This document shows positions 24,414 through 36,388 of a DNA stretch of 64,000 nucleotides, piece by piece (the stretch's first letter is position 1; every line of letters begins with the position of its first letter). The notes beneath the pieces are model-generated. The model worked only from the letters and a program-made list of their open reading frames with translations, was not told the DNA's origin and searched no databases. The translations under genes were made by a program, and so were the position numbers. Source of the DNA: Lytechinus pictus (Eukaryota); the NCBI RefSeq assembly GCF_037042905.1, contig NC_087249.1, forward strand, positions 8,124,001 to 8,188,000. Reading direction: 5' to 3'.

Positions 24414-25151
24414 CTGGAAACAAAAGTAATAGGAAAAAAATACATAAATACCATGCAAAAGAAAATAATAGTACACATGTACTGAGCACTTTTTTTTCTG
24501 AAATTCGACACAGAGTATATCATAAAATAAACAAGCATGTAAAATTTTAGAAAGAAATAAATTCAGTGTCATGAAATGAAGTAGTACCAATATTATACTT
24601 TTTATTTCAATATTTATTGTTTAAATACATACAAATCCCCTCGAAGTTGCCTATGTTAATGCACATATCGATCACTACTGTACTCCGGAATTAGCTATGA
24701 AGAATAATTGGATGATGTTGAATTGAACTCTTATACTGGGAGTGTCTTACAAAGATCGGTGGTGTTGCAAGAATGAGGTTGCAATCAAGTATCAATTCGA
24801 AAATAGAAATTTGCAAAAAATAAATCCGCACCTGGGGCCAGTTTCACAAAACTTGTAATGTAATGACAAATTCAAAATAACAGTTAAATATACTGAAATC
24901 CTTTGTTATAGAAAACGTGCATTTGGTAGAACAAGTCTTTATGAAACAGGACCGATGTACCATGTATAAAGAGCTCAGTGGGGATTGGTTCTCCTGTCTC
25001 ATTTGTAACAGAGAACTTTTTATATCAAGCACCACCCTGAATTTCAAATAAATGAATGAATTGAATTGAATATAGAAGATCAAACTATTTTTAAGAGTCT
25101 GTTTTGCTTGCAATCTTGGCTAGAGACGAAGTTAAGAACATTCATACTCAC

Positions 25152-25236
25152 TCCACAAGTCTCTCATCTTCCGAGGTACACTCGAGGAGAACCAAGCTTT
25201 TAATTTGTTGAAGACTGGTAACTCTTTCGAAGACAT
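25152..25236 (-). CDS. TERB2: TERB2 coding exon 1 (start codon; exon probably begins at acceptor 25264)
   Basis: MSSKELPVFNKLKAWFSSSVPRKMRDLW resembles MFQGQRGWFCGSVSQDLRQFW; A|gtgagt donor; six exons total 657 nt = 218 aa + stop. Confidence 0.87.
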
Positions 25237-26679
25237 TCTGTTTCCATATCAGGGAGAATTATTTCTGAAAATAAAATTTTGTTTATTTTTTAAGTAGATT
25301 TGTAAAACAAATTATTTGAAGAATATAAAATCAAAATCAAGTTAACGTGATTAAATTTCATTTAAATCAATACTTTATACAACTTCCTGCATGCCCATGA
25401 AAGGCCAGTAATCTGAAATTAATTCCTTTTTTTTTTGGGGGGGGGTTTAAATCTGATCTTATCTTCATCTTCATGATGCTACATCAAATGTCATTTATAG
25501 GAGGCACTTTTGTGCTTCGTTGACTAAAGTTAGAGTGCAGAAATGGCGCCCAAGGATGCCAAGGACCGGGGGAGGGGGGCACTCCAATTGACGAGTGGAT
25601 ACCATGCGCGACCATAGGGTCTCAAAGAGCACCCTAGACAAATTCTATATTCTGAAAATGCACCCCTTAACAAGTATTGGCGTGTGAAACCCTACCCTTA
25701 ACAAGTATTGGAAACAAAACGATACCCTTGGCAACTATTCTCTGAATTGAATCCCTAAACAAGTACAGCGATATTTTAATTGTTATTATGTCACCGACTT
25801 CCGTCGTCGATTTTACCTTTACCTGCATCAATGGGTTTAGTACGGCCCCATCTCAAAAAAATGTGCACATTTTTTGTACACTGTTTTTTCCAACACCGTG
25901 TACAAAAACGAAAAAATGACCATCTCATTGTGATTTTTTGCATGCATGTCAGCCCCCCCCCCCCCCCCACTTTGAAAACCGTTCTAGGCCCCTGCATTGT
26001 ACTTTAAGATTATTCACAAATATGACCTGTGATGTTGCCCCATACAGGGCTGCCAACTCTCACGCAATCTGCGTGAGTCTCACACAATTCACCCGAATCT
26101 CACGCTGATCATAGGAATTCTCACGCTGAACCCCGAAAATAGAGAGGAAAAAAGTTTATTAGCCTATATCGGATATTCAATAACATAACCCGGCCAGGCA
26201 AAAGTTTCAAAGTTTTTAACCACACAAACACAAAGCTAAACCATCAATGCAAATTGGTTTCTTTCCTTCTTTCTTTTAAATAATCGTTTCTTCCCTCTCT
26301 TTCATTTTTTTGTTACTGTCTTTCTGTTTCAATTTTCCTCTTTTTTTTGTGATTGTTCTTTCTGTCATTTAAAAAAATATTTTTCTCTATTTCTTTTTGT
26401 CTTTCTTTTTCTTTCTATTTTGATTTCTTTCTTTCTTTAATTCTTGAGTCCATCCATCATATATTTATCTCTTCTTTCTTTCTTTCCTTCATTCTTTTTA
26501 GCCTTTCTTTCCTTCCTTCTTTGTTTCTTTATTTGTTCTTTCTTCCTTCCATCCATTGATCCTTTCTTTACCCTTTCTTGTTTTTTTATTCTTCCTTCTT
26601 CCAGCCTTTTCTCTCTGTCTTTCATTAATTCCTTCCTTTCTTCTTTCTTTTTATTCTGTCTTTTGTTCTGTTCTTTCTT

Positions 26680-27841
26680 TCAATATCTGCTCTTTTATTT
26701 GATACCTTAATCACAAAAAATGGTCAAGAAGTAAAAAAGTTATGTTACCTCGAAACAATGCTAGTATTTCCATAATTTCATTAAATAAACGCGTTTTCAC
26801 CGGTTTCCCACAGAAGCTATCGCATGGTTAAAGGTCAAGTCCACCCCAGAAAATTATTGAATTGAATCCATAGAGAAAAATCAAACAAACATAACGCTGC
26901 AAATTTCATCGAAATCGGATGTAAAATAAGAAAGTTATGACATTTTTAAGTTTCGCTTATTTTTCACAAAACAACTCAGCGATATGCAAATGAGAGGGTC
27001 GATGATGTCCATCACTCACTATTTCTTTTGTTTTTTATTGTTTGAATAATACAATATTTCAATTTTTACAAATTCGACAATAAGGACCATCTTAACTTAA
27101 CCATAAACTGTTAAAATAATGGTAATTCCACATGTTCAGGGAGAAATAAAACTTTGTTTCACTTGACAAGGAGGAGAAAATTAGAATATTTTATATTTCA
27201 TACAATAAAATACAAAAGAAATAGTGAGTGGGTGACGTCATCAGTCTGCCAATTTGCATACTGACCAGGATGTGCATATAACTGTTTTGTGAAATTAAGC
27301 AAAAATTTTAAAATGTCATAACTTTCTTATTTTACATCCAATTTTCAGTGTTTTGCTTGTTGGATTTTTCTCCTTTTTATCAAATCAATTTTTTGTTAGG
27401 GTGGACTTGTCCTTTAACAAAAGACTTAATGCGTGGCTGATCGTCAACAAAACGGAGTGTTAAGTGAGTTTGAACGCTAGCCTGTAGAACCTCTTCATTT
27501 TATGAAATTATTGAAATTCAAGCCTTATTTCAAATAACCAGAACGTTATTTCTTGACCATTTTCTGTAATTGAGGTATCAAATTAAAGAGCAGATATTGA
27601 ACTTTTTTAAAATGTGGTTTTCTTTTTGAAACCCAGATACAGCCCGCCAAATGACTTTTTGGTATCCCCTCTTCCAATTGTTTTTGCTCACTCATGCGTG
27701 AATCAGAAATAATCTAAGTAATTTCAGATGAAAGAGGAGATTCTAAGCTTTACGATGGTAGGTCATTTGTCTATTTTATTTGTGATTAAGTTATGATATA
27801 TCATCGATAAATCTCGGTTTTGTTTTTTGTGGGACGCACTG
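26680..27841. mobile_element. Partial Tc1/mariner MITE (family of 62491-63279) with a nested Kolobok-like MITE at 26832-27413
   Basis: Right end TGTGGGACGCACTG|TA; inner TTAA|AGGTCAAGTCCACCC..GGGTGGACTTGTCCT|TTAA. Confidence 0.8.
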
Positions 27842-27870
27842 TATATCACCTAACCCAGGGAGCTCCGGCC

Positions 27871-28068
27871 CGCAGAATCCTGACATCGAGGCACAAACTG
27901 GACCCCAAAAAAAGCAAAAGTTGTCTCATTCGTTCTCCTCCTGTCAAAGTTGAAAAAAAAATGGCCGATCGATACCGAGAACGAACGCAACATAAAGCCT
28001 TTAGACTCGACGTCTAACTTTTCCTTTTTTTGAGGGTCCAATTTGTGCCTCGATGTCAGGATATTCTG
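27871..28068. mobile_element. Small MITE
   Basis: CAGAATCCTGACATCGAGGCACAAA / AATTTGTGCCTCGATGTCAGGATATTCTG inverted ends. Confidence 0.65.
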
Positions 28069-28234
28069 TCACGATAGACCTTCATCCATATAATCAAGGT
28101 AGGCCTAAGTGCATAATTTATTTTTTTCTCTTTTATTTGGAGTGCTATTGCGACCCCATTCTACCCCATTGGCCATTTTGGAGAGTATATGTCTGCCTTA
28201 GACAACACAGACGAGTCCTGGCCTGGGCTGGGCT

Positions 28235-30443
28235 CCGGCCTACCTCGAGCGAAGTTCGTGCGGGCTCCACTCCACTTCACTACCGCTACACTACGCTCCA
28301 CCTACCTCGAGCGAAAATCGTGCAGGCTCCACTCCACTTCCCAGAAGGAAAAACCAGTTCCAATGGACCAGTTAGACCAGTAGAATTTTAACTGGTAACT
28401 CTGGAAATTGGAACATCGGTCATACTGGTCCAGTTAAAATTTTTACTGGTCCAGTTAAAACTTAAACTGGTCTTGAATTATTGGAATTTTATACTGGTCT
28501 TGTTTCTGGTGGTTGTTACTGGTCTCACTGGTATCCAAATTCAAGCTGGTCTTTACTGGTATTTTCTACCTAGAACTGGTCGAACTGGTCCTCGTACTGG
28601 TCTTACTGGATCAATTTATTACATGCATTTGGTTTGTTATATACCATGGTCAGTGAAATGTGATGGAAAAGATGGTTAGTAAATTAATCTTTCTGCTGTT
28701 ATTTTAAATGTGATATATGAAATTATACATTTTCATTTTGAATTAGTTCACACACTTATTTGGAAAGTTTTTAAACAACAATGAGTGCCATCGCAAGGAT
28801 ATTCCATTCTAAATCCTGATTTTTCTTTTTAAAATAGGAAATATGCAAATGAGGTAAACCACGTGATCAGCATCATCAGAATTACTGGTATTACTGGTCT
28901 TGACCAGTTCAAAACAATGAATTACTTTAGACCAGTTGACTATATCAGAGGAATATATCTTGCTTTGATCTTAATCATAATTAAAGGAAATAATTATTTT
29001 AATGATAATGTTAACACTTGATAATTATGATAATATTAATAATTATTACAATATCGATAACAATGATAACAGTAATAAGAAGGATGACCACAATGATCAT
29101 AAAAATAATAATTATGATAATTATAAGAAGAATGATCATAACAATGATAACAATAATAACTTTCTCTGAATTGCAAGATTCATTTTTCATAATTCGTCAA
29201 ATGATCTGACTTGAAATAAAGTCATTATTTATTGGACCAGTAACACCAGTTTGATGAAAAACAATTTAACTGGTATTACTACATTGCTTCAACTGGAATG
29301 CAATTGTTTGAACTGGTCTCCAGTTGATTTTTACTGGTCCAGTTAAAAATCAACGGGTCCAGTAAACATATACTGGAAACCAGTAAAAATCTACTGGAAA
29401 CCATTTATTGGACCAGAAACACCAGTTTGATGAAAAACAATTGAACTGGTATTACTAATTGCTTCAACTGGAATGCAATTGTTGGAACTGGTGTCCAGTT
29501 GATTTTTACTGGTCCAGTTAAAAATCAACTGGTCCAGTAAACATATACTGGAAACCAGTAAAAATCTACTGGAAACCATTTATTGGACCAGAAACACCAG
29601 TTTGATGAAAAACAATTGAACTGGTATTACTAATTGCTTCAACTGGAATGCAATTGTTGGAACTGGTCTCCAGATTATTTTTACTGGTCCAGTTAAAAAT
29701 CAACTGGCCCAGTAAAAATATACTGGAAACCAGTAAAATTCTACTGGAAACCAGTAAAAATTCTTACTGGTCTTACTGGTTTTTCCTTCTGGGTTCCCTG
29801 CCGCTACACTACGCTCCACCTACCCGAACTTCAAGACCATGAACTCTAGTCTCTATCTGATATTCCGACTCGGACAAAGGTGGGATTTTATCGGGGGAAA
29901 ATATAAAATTCATGCAATATCACGATCTTTAAAAACAATTAAAACTAATATTCTTACTTTACACAAAGTTTCACTTCTTTTCCATGCTTCTATCAGTCTC
30001 AAAATTTGTGATTTAGAGCCAACATGAAGTTCCTCACACAAATAAATAATTCGCTCCAGTATCGCATGCGATATGCGCGAGGTACCGGGTTCGGTCCGAG
30101 CTCGGACCCTCGCACGCGCATGCGATGTTTTGAAATCGGCAGCGAATTATTTATACGTGTGAGGAACTTCATGTTGGCTCTAAATTACCAATTTTGAGAC
30201 TGATAGAAAATTAGAAGCATGGAAAAGAAGTGAAACTTGGTGTAAAGTAAGAATTTTAGTTTTAATTGTTTTTAAAGATCATGATGTTGCATGAATTTTA
30301 TTTTTCCCCCCCCATAAAATCCCACCTTTGTCACTCGGAATATCAGATAGAGTTCACGGTCCGGAAGTTCGGGTAGGTGGAGCGTATTGTAGCGGTAGTG
30401 AAGTGGAGTGGAGCCTGCACGAACTTCGCTCAAGGTAGGCCCC
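28235..30443. mobile_element. Foldback palindrome (~330-bp arms, centre ~30099 CCGAGCTCGG), left arm interrupted
   Basis: 29794-30090 is the inverse of 30105-30410; the arm continues at 28300-28339 across the insertion. Confidence 0.8.
28340..29793. mobile_element. CMC/EnSpm-like non-autonomous DNA transposon
   Basis: TIR CCCAGAAGGAAAAACCAGT, 2-bp TT TSD, dense ACTGG/CCAGT subterminal motifs, ~175-bp unit x3 (~29225-29760). Confidence 0.75.
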
Positions 30444-30446
30444 GGC

Positions 30447-31592
30447 CTAGACAGCTGGCAGCCGTCTGTTTTGAGGAGTTTTTTAACATTTTCTTATTTT
30501 TTTAATTTCTCCTCATACACAGACGGCTCGCTATCGTGCAGCCACATTAGGGGACCTACAAGGCTACAATGCAAAATCCCCCCATCGGGGCTCTTCAATT
30601 TTTGTCTTTAAAGAATCAAACTTTTGAAAATTAACGCGACCGAAATGCAAATTATTATTCCCTCTTGGCATTGTGACTTAGTTACAGTTACATCGGCTGT
30701 CGCGCAACTTCACTGCCCTGTTTTATCCGAACTTAATACACATAAACATATGGCCATTGACTGATTGAGTCCCCTGCCCGGGGGGGCCACTTACATTGAC
30801 GAGTGGATACCATGCGCGACCAAAAAAACACGTAAAAAGGATGTCTTTTTCAAGATAGGGCACGTTACGTACGTAACGTGATAAGGGTGTCAAAAACACA
30901 AAAATATTGAAAAAAGGGTATCTATTTCGCTAGGAAAAATATACGTGTTTAGGGTCAAATGTGCGGGGATGATAAAACAAAATCAAAATGTTTTATAAAG
31001 GATGTCCTTTTTGCCCCAACACTACGTGTTTAGAGTCCGATTTGCGCGAGGTGTGGAAGGTGGGGCCGTACTAAACCAAAATAATGGTGTCTAAAGGTAA
31101 AACCGACGACCGACGGATGCGTGACATAACAATAAATTACCTTTGTACTTGTTAAGGGGTTCATTTCAGGGAATACTTGCTAAGAGTATCGTTTTGTTTC
31201 CAATTCTTGTTAAGGGGTGCATTTTCAGAATATACATCGCTGTACTTGTTTAGGGGCTCAGTTCTGGGAATACTTGCCAATAGTATGTGTTTCCAATACT
31301 TGTTAAGGGTAGGGTTTCACACGCCAATACTTGTTAAGGGGTGCATTTTCAGAATATGGAAAATACGTGTTTAGGGTGCTTTTCAAGACCCCGTGGTCGC
31401 GCATGGTATCCACTCGTCAATGGAAGTGGCCCCCCCGGGGTCCCCTGTACAGATCGCGCTAGAACTTCGGTCTCTGTATTTGGTGAGCTGAGTGAAGCCA
31501 ACGGAGTTCAGCTGAGCCTGAACAACCAACATAACATTAACCTGTTATTGTTATTATGTTAACAGAGACCAAAGCTTTTGGACTTGGTCTAA
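30447..31592. mobile_element. Unclassified interspersed repeat (second copy 39652-40085), here interrupted by a MITE
   Basis: Both copies start TAGACAGCTGGCAGCCGTCTG, end TTGGTCTAA and are colinear. Confidence 0.7.
30777..31439. mobile_element. MITE with 8-bp TSD GTCCCCTG
   Basis: TIR CCCGGGGGGGCCACTT.CATTGACGAGTGGATACCATGCGCGACC; copies at 41512-42065 and partial at ~25566-25850. Confidence 0.88.
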
Positions 31593-31829
31593 CAGTAACA
31601 GTACTAACAGTAACAGTTAGCCCCGGCCATGCCGGCCGGGCCCGGTTTGCGGGCTGCGGCTCCCTGGGTTTACACATTACCAGGCGCAGGCAGGAGCTGG
31701 ACATTGATATAGAGGAATAGATCCTGCGTCCAGGACTGAACCTTAGACTATACTAGGTAGTAGAGGCTTGAATTTGTAACCGTATGTATGACAGCACAGC
31801 CGCGACCCAACGAGGCTTGCCCCGCAAGC

Positions 31830-32285
31830 TACCGGGGACGAGCCCGGGCGCGACGGGGTCGATGGTACGTGTGAGGGTGAGGTCGCGTCGTCTGCAGCAG
31901 ATTTAATTAAATCAATTCCAAACACACAAAAATGTATTTGATTAGTATATTTCTTAGATTTCAATGTAAGGGAATTTATAGATACATCATAACAACAAAC
32001 ACAATCAGAATACAGATATTTATCGGTACTTAGGCCTACCAACTAGTAACCAAGTACCGGGGACGAGCCCGGGCGCGACGGGGTCGATGGTACGGTACCG
32101 GTACCGGTACGTGTGAGGGTGAGGTCGCGTCGTCTGCAGCAGATTTAATTAAATCAATTCCAAACACACAAAAATGTATTTGATTAGTATATTTCTTAGA
32201 TTTCAATGTAAGGGAATTTATAGATACATCATAACAACAAACACAATCATAATACAGATATTTATCGGTACTTAGGCCTACCAAG
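31830..32285 (+). repeat. Local tandem duplication (~210-230 bp x2), CpG-rich start
   Basis: TACCGGGGACGAGCCCGGGCGCG...TAGGCCTACCAA occurs twice. Confidence 0.9.
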
Positions 32286-34769
32286 TAGAAATCTCGAGCA
32301 GCCGACAGATACAGTCAGATTTTCAAATGAAACCATTTTAAGTTACATCGGATACCGGTACCGGTACAGCAACTACTAACTCGCGCTCGGATACTAACTT
32401 GAGAGAGCTAGGTGACAAATATACTTGTTAAGAAAATACCCCCATTATCCGGAAAATACAAACCGAAAATTCCATAAAAGTAGTGGGAAAAAAAATTGTT
32501 TGGCATTTTATTTTAATGAGTAGAGGGAGCCGATCATTAGATGATTCTTATGTCTTTAATTATTTCAAGTTTTGTTCAAATTTTCCCTCCGATGCCCTCC
32601 AATGCCACTGGCGTAGACAGGGGGGGGGGGGCTAGGGGGACTGAGTGTAAGCCTGATCCGGTGATCCCCTATTGATTCACACTAAAAAAAGGGGGAAAGA
32701 AAAAATGAAGGAGAGGAGACAAGGAAAAAAAGTTAAAGATGATCGGGGGGAAATAAAACAAAAACGGCCGGGGAATATTTATTGGAAAGTAAAAAAAAAT
32801 CGATCAGGTAAAAACTAAAAATTCCGCTCGCACTTCATGCTCACGTTATACCTTGAGTGAAATAATAAGAAGATAACATGGGGCTTAAAAAATCCATATT
32901 CAACATGGCCGTATGCAATTTTTCCTGGGTGCTGGGGGGGGGGGGGGGCAAGACGGTGAATTTTGGAAAATTTTCGATAATAAAATCTAAGTTTATTTTC
33001 TAAATTTTTTGGAGGGACAACTGCCCCAACTGTGGCCATGGTTTTTAAGTCAATTTTCTTCACCTCCACTAGCACAGAAATGCAGAGGGTGCTCGGGGGT
33101 GCTTAAAAGTCATCCCCTAGCTTAAACAAAAGAAAAAAAGAAAGGTATGATAAGAAAAAATGTATAGGAGAGGAGACCAGAAAGAATAAGGTGATCGGGA
33201 GAACCCTAGCTAGCTAGCTAGTACCACTTCAGGTCTCGACCCACTGAACAAATTTTCCTGGCAAACCCTTGATGATCGCCTTGCAGGGGTGGCGAACCGG
33301 GGGGCAATTAGGGGCACCGCCCCGCCCCCCCAAAAAAAAAAATCCTCGTAGGATGAAATGTGCCCTTTTTCAAAATGAAATACCCTTTTTGAAAAAAAAA
33401 AATATTTTAGGTTAAAATTTCAACATTTTTCGCTCGCATGAAATTATTGTTTCGTAAAGTAGGCCTTCTCATCCCGCTTCTCATCTTGTTCATTGTTACC
33501 AATTTTCAGGTTGAAATATAAAAAAAAAATGGTTCGCGTTTTGCGCTCGCATCAAGTATTGATTAGTAAGGTATACTCATTCTGTTATTGGTTTGGTTGG
33601 AATATCACACATTTTCAGCTCGAGCTTCGCGCTGTCATTATTCGATTGGTGAGATATGCATCCTATTCATGAGTCATTAATTGCAGTCCTTAACAGGTTC
33701 CTTTTCTAGTCAGTATTTAAAAAAATTCCTTTAGTTAGATATTTTTTTTCATGATATCAAAAATTGCTCGGAATTTTGAATTTTCATGTCTCAAAAGTTT
33801 GAGCTCACGATTTGCGCTCGCAACAACTGGCAAGGATGCCCTATAAGTATCAGCGTCATAAATATTGACCAAAAAGCGCCAGATTTGATTTTTTTTCTCC
33901 AAACCGCTCATTCGCGGTTAAAATAAAGCCAAAATATATATCTTATCAATCAGATATCATTTCAAAATTGCTTTGCTCAACTTAATTACTACAAAACACA
34001 CAGCCAGGGGAGTAACAGGGGTCAGTGGCCAGGGGGGGGGAGGGGGGGGGGGCAAGAGCCAAACAATTCCCGGTCATGGTATGAACATGATTTTTTATTA
34101 TTGTGCCCTGAGCATTAGGAGAAGCTAGCTCAATGCGTGATAATTAAGAACAAAAAAGAGGGGGGCACGGCATAGTGCGCGTAGCAAAAAGTTGCTTAAT
34201 ATAAGTCCCGAGCGAGCGAAGCGAGCGAGAAAAAAATCACCTTTTCATGAGAATCTATCTTTGAGATTGATTTTGACATGGTATTCAGAAAATTACATCA
34301 TACCTTACATCTTCCTTTCCTTTCCATTTCTCTCATCTTTTCTTTTCTTTTTCACGGTTGTAGAACTTTTGGGGCCAGTGCTATGCGGATCGGGTCTGGG
34401 GCAATGGCGGCACCAGGATTTTTAACCTCGGGAGAGGCAAAAGAACATAGGGGGGGCAACACACAAATATTTTGCCTATTTCTCAAAATCGAGCAAGAAG
34501 CGCGAGCTTATTTCTTTTCAATGTAGACTCTAATGACTTGAAAAGGGACTTGTTAAGGACTAGCTGTTTGCATTGGGTCATGAAGATGATAATCTCACCA
34601 AATAAATTATACAAGCGCGAAAAGCGAGCTGAAATTTTTTGATATTCTGAGATGATAACTGGACGTTCTAAGCACTTTTTGTAATCATATCAATCGGAAT
34701 ACTGCATAAGAATTAGAAGTTATAAACAATGAGACCTAATGCGAACTAAAGTAACTTTGACTAATAACT

Positions 34770-36135
34770 ATATAAAACAGAACGGAGGGGCTTGCCAAGA
34801 AAAGCAAAGCTTGTATGGAATGCAAGCCCCTGTAACTTAGTTTCAACACGTAGAGGCAACATTACAAAACTATAGTATAAAAGAGAGATGGAAGACAGTT
34901 TAAAAGGGAGCTATACAAAATATCGAAGGTAACAACGAAAGAGTGACACAAATTAGAATAAATGATAATAGTAATAATAATAAAAAAATGAAAAAAAAAT
35001 TAGAAATAAAAAAATAATATGGTTACAATAATTGTGATAATGAGGGAGAAACAGAGAGGCAAATGAAGGGAGAGAGAGGAGGGGTGCAGGTACAATTGAA
35101 GGTGCAAAGAGGAGCATGGCAGGTGCGGGAACAGGTCGGCAGGCAAGTTGTATCCTGGGAGGTTAAAAAAAGAATCTTTTTAAGTAGTTTTTGTTGTAGT
35201 TTTATTTATATGATAGATTGACTTGTTTGTGTAAAGTATTGGCAGATAAGCATCTTTTTAAGGTTATGTTTAAAAATAGCGAAGCTTGGGGATTCCTTGA
35301 AGTCGTTGGCCAAGGAATTCCAATATACGGGACCAGAAAAGACAAAATAATTTTTTGCAAGTAAAGTTCGGGTTGGAGGTAGGTGATAAGAGTCTCGTTG
35401 TCTTGTAGGATAATCGTAGGACTTTTTGCAGAACATAATTGAAAAAAAATTGTGGGGAGATCATCTTTATTTAGTTTGTACATAAATTGGCCGAGTTAGA
35501 ACAGATATATATCATTAACTTTAAGGATTTTATTTTCAAAAAATAAATTTATCTGTGTGAATGCATCTGAAATGTATATGAAATATTATCCTAAGTGCTT
35601 TTTTTCTGTAACAAAAGTATCCTATGTAATTGTGTTTGAATTGCACAACCCAGCAATGCCAAAATATCTTAATTAATGTTTGGTAATATTAAGGTGTGAT
35701 ATAGTGTAAGTAGTGTACGAGATGGAAGAAAAATTTGAGCTTGTTGATAATTCCAATATTTCTTGAAATTGTTTTGCAGATATTGTCGATGTGTGGTTTC
35801 CATGATAATAATTTATTATCAATAAGTACACCCAAAAATTATGTTACAGAAACATTTTCAAGGACAGTCTTATCAAAAATGAGATTGTCGGGCAAACTAT
35901 TTATCATATTGCTAAATAACATGTAATTGGTCTTTTGTAGGTTAAGCGATAGTTTATTTGCCTTGATCCATTTAGTCACATGCATGAGTTCAGAGTTAAC
36001 AATCCTAAAAAAAGTTCCTAATAAGTTGGTTTACGTTATCATGAGAAAAGAAAATATTGGAATCATCAGCAAAGAGTATGAATGAAAGAAAATTTGAAGT
36101 TTTGTGGATAATTGAAGTTTTGTGGATAATCATGA
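34770..36135 (-). mobile_element. 5'-truncated CR1/L2-group non-LTR retrotransposon (RT C-terminus + 3' UTR)
   Basis: LSFILFADDSNIFFSH (YADD-type motif); downstream RT-thumb-like FSGPVYWNSL..FKESPSFAIFKHNLK; 3' stem-loop GGGGCTTGC..GCAAGCCCC; frameshifted. Confidence 0.85.
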
Positions 36136-36388
36136 ACTGGATGGCTATCAACAATATTGATGCGTGCCCGTAGCGCGAGCTGAAAATTGTTGATTTAGGG
36201 TAATTATGAATACGCAGGATGTGTATTTCGAAAAAAAAAAAACGAATAATAAAAACTCTAATCGCGAGAAGCATATTGACTTGAACATTGGATTTTAAGC
36301 CCCATGTGAACATATAATTTACTTATCTCAGTCAACAGTTACTGCTAGCGCCAGGAGCGGAAATCTCTCCCAAAAGGTAGGGGGGACA

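Noticed and set aside
26270..26710. Phe/Leu/Ser-rich or Lys-rich ORFs (also 52804-53160 and 58356-59014)
   Set aside because: Low-complexity polypyrimidine/polypurine tracts within repeats
29000..29210. Ile/Met-rich ORF
   Set aside because: Degenerate (ATA/ATG)n microsatellite inside a transposon
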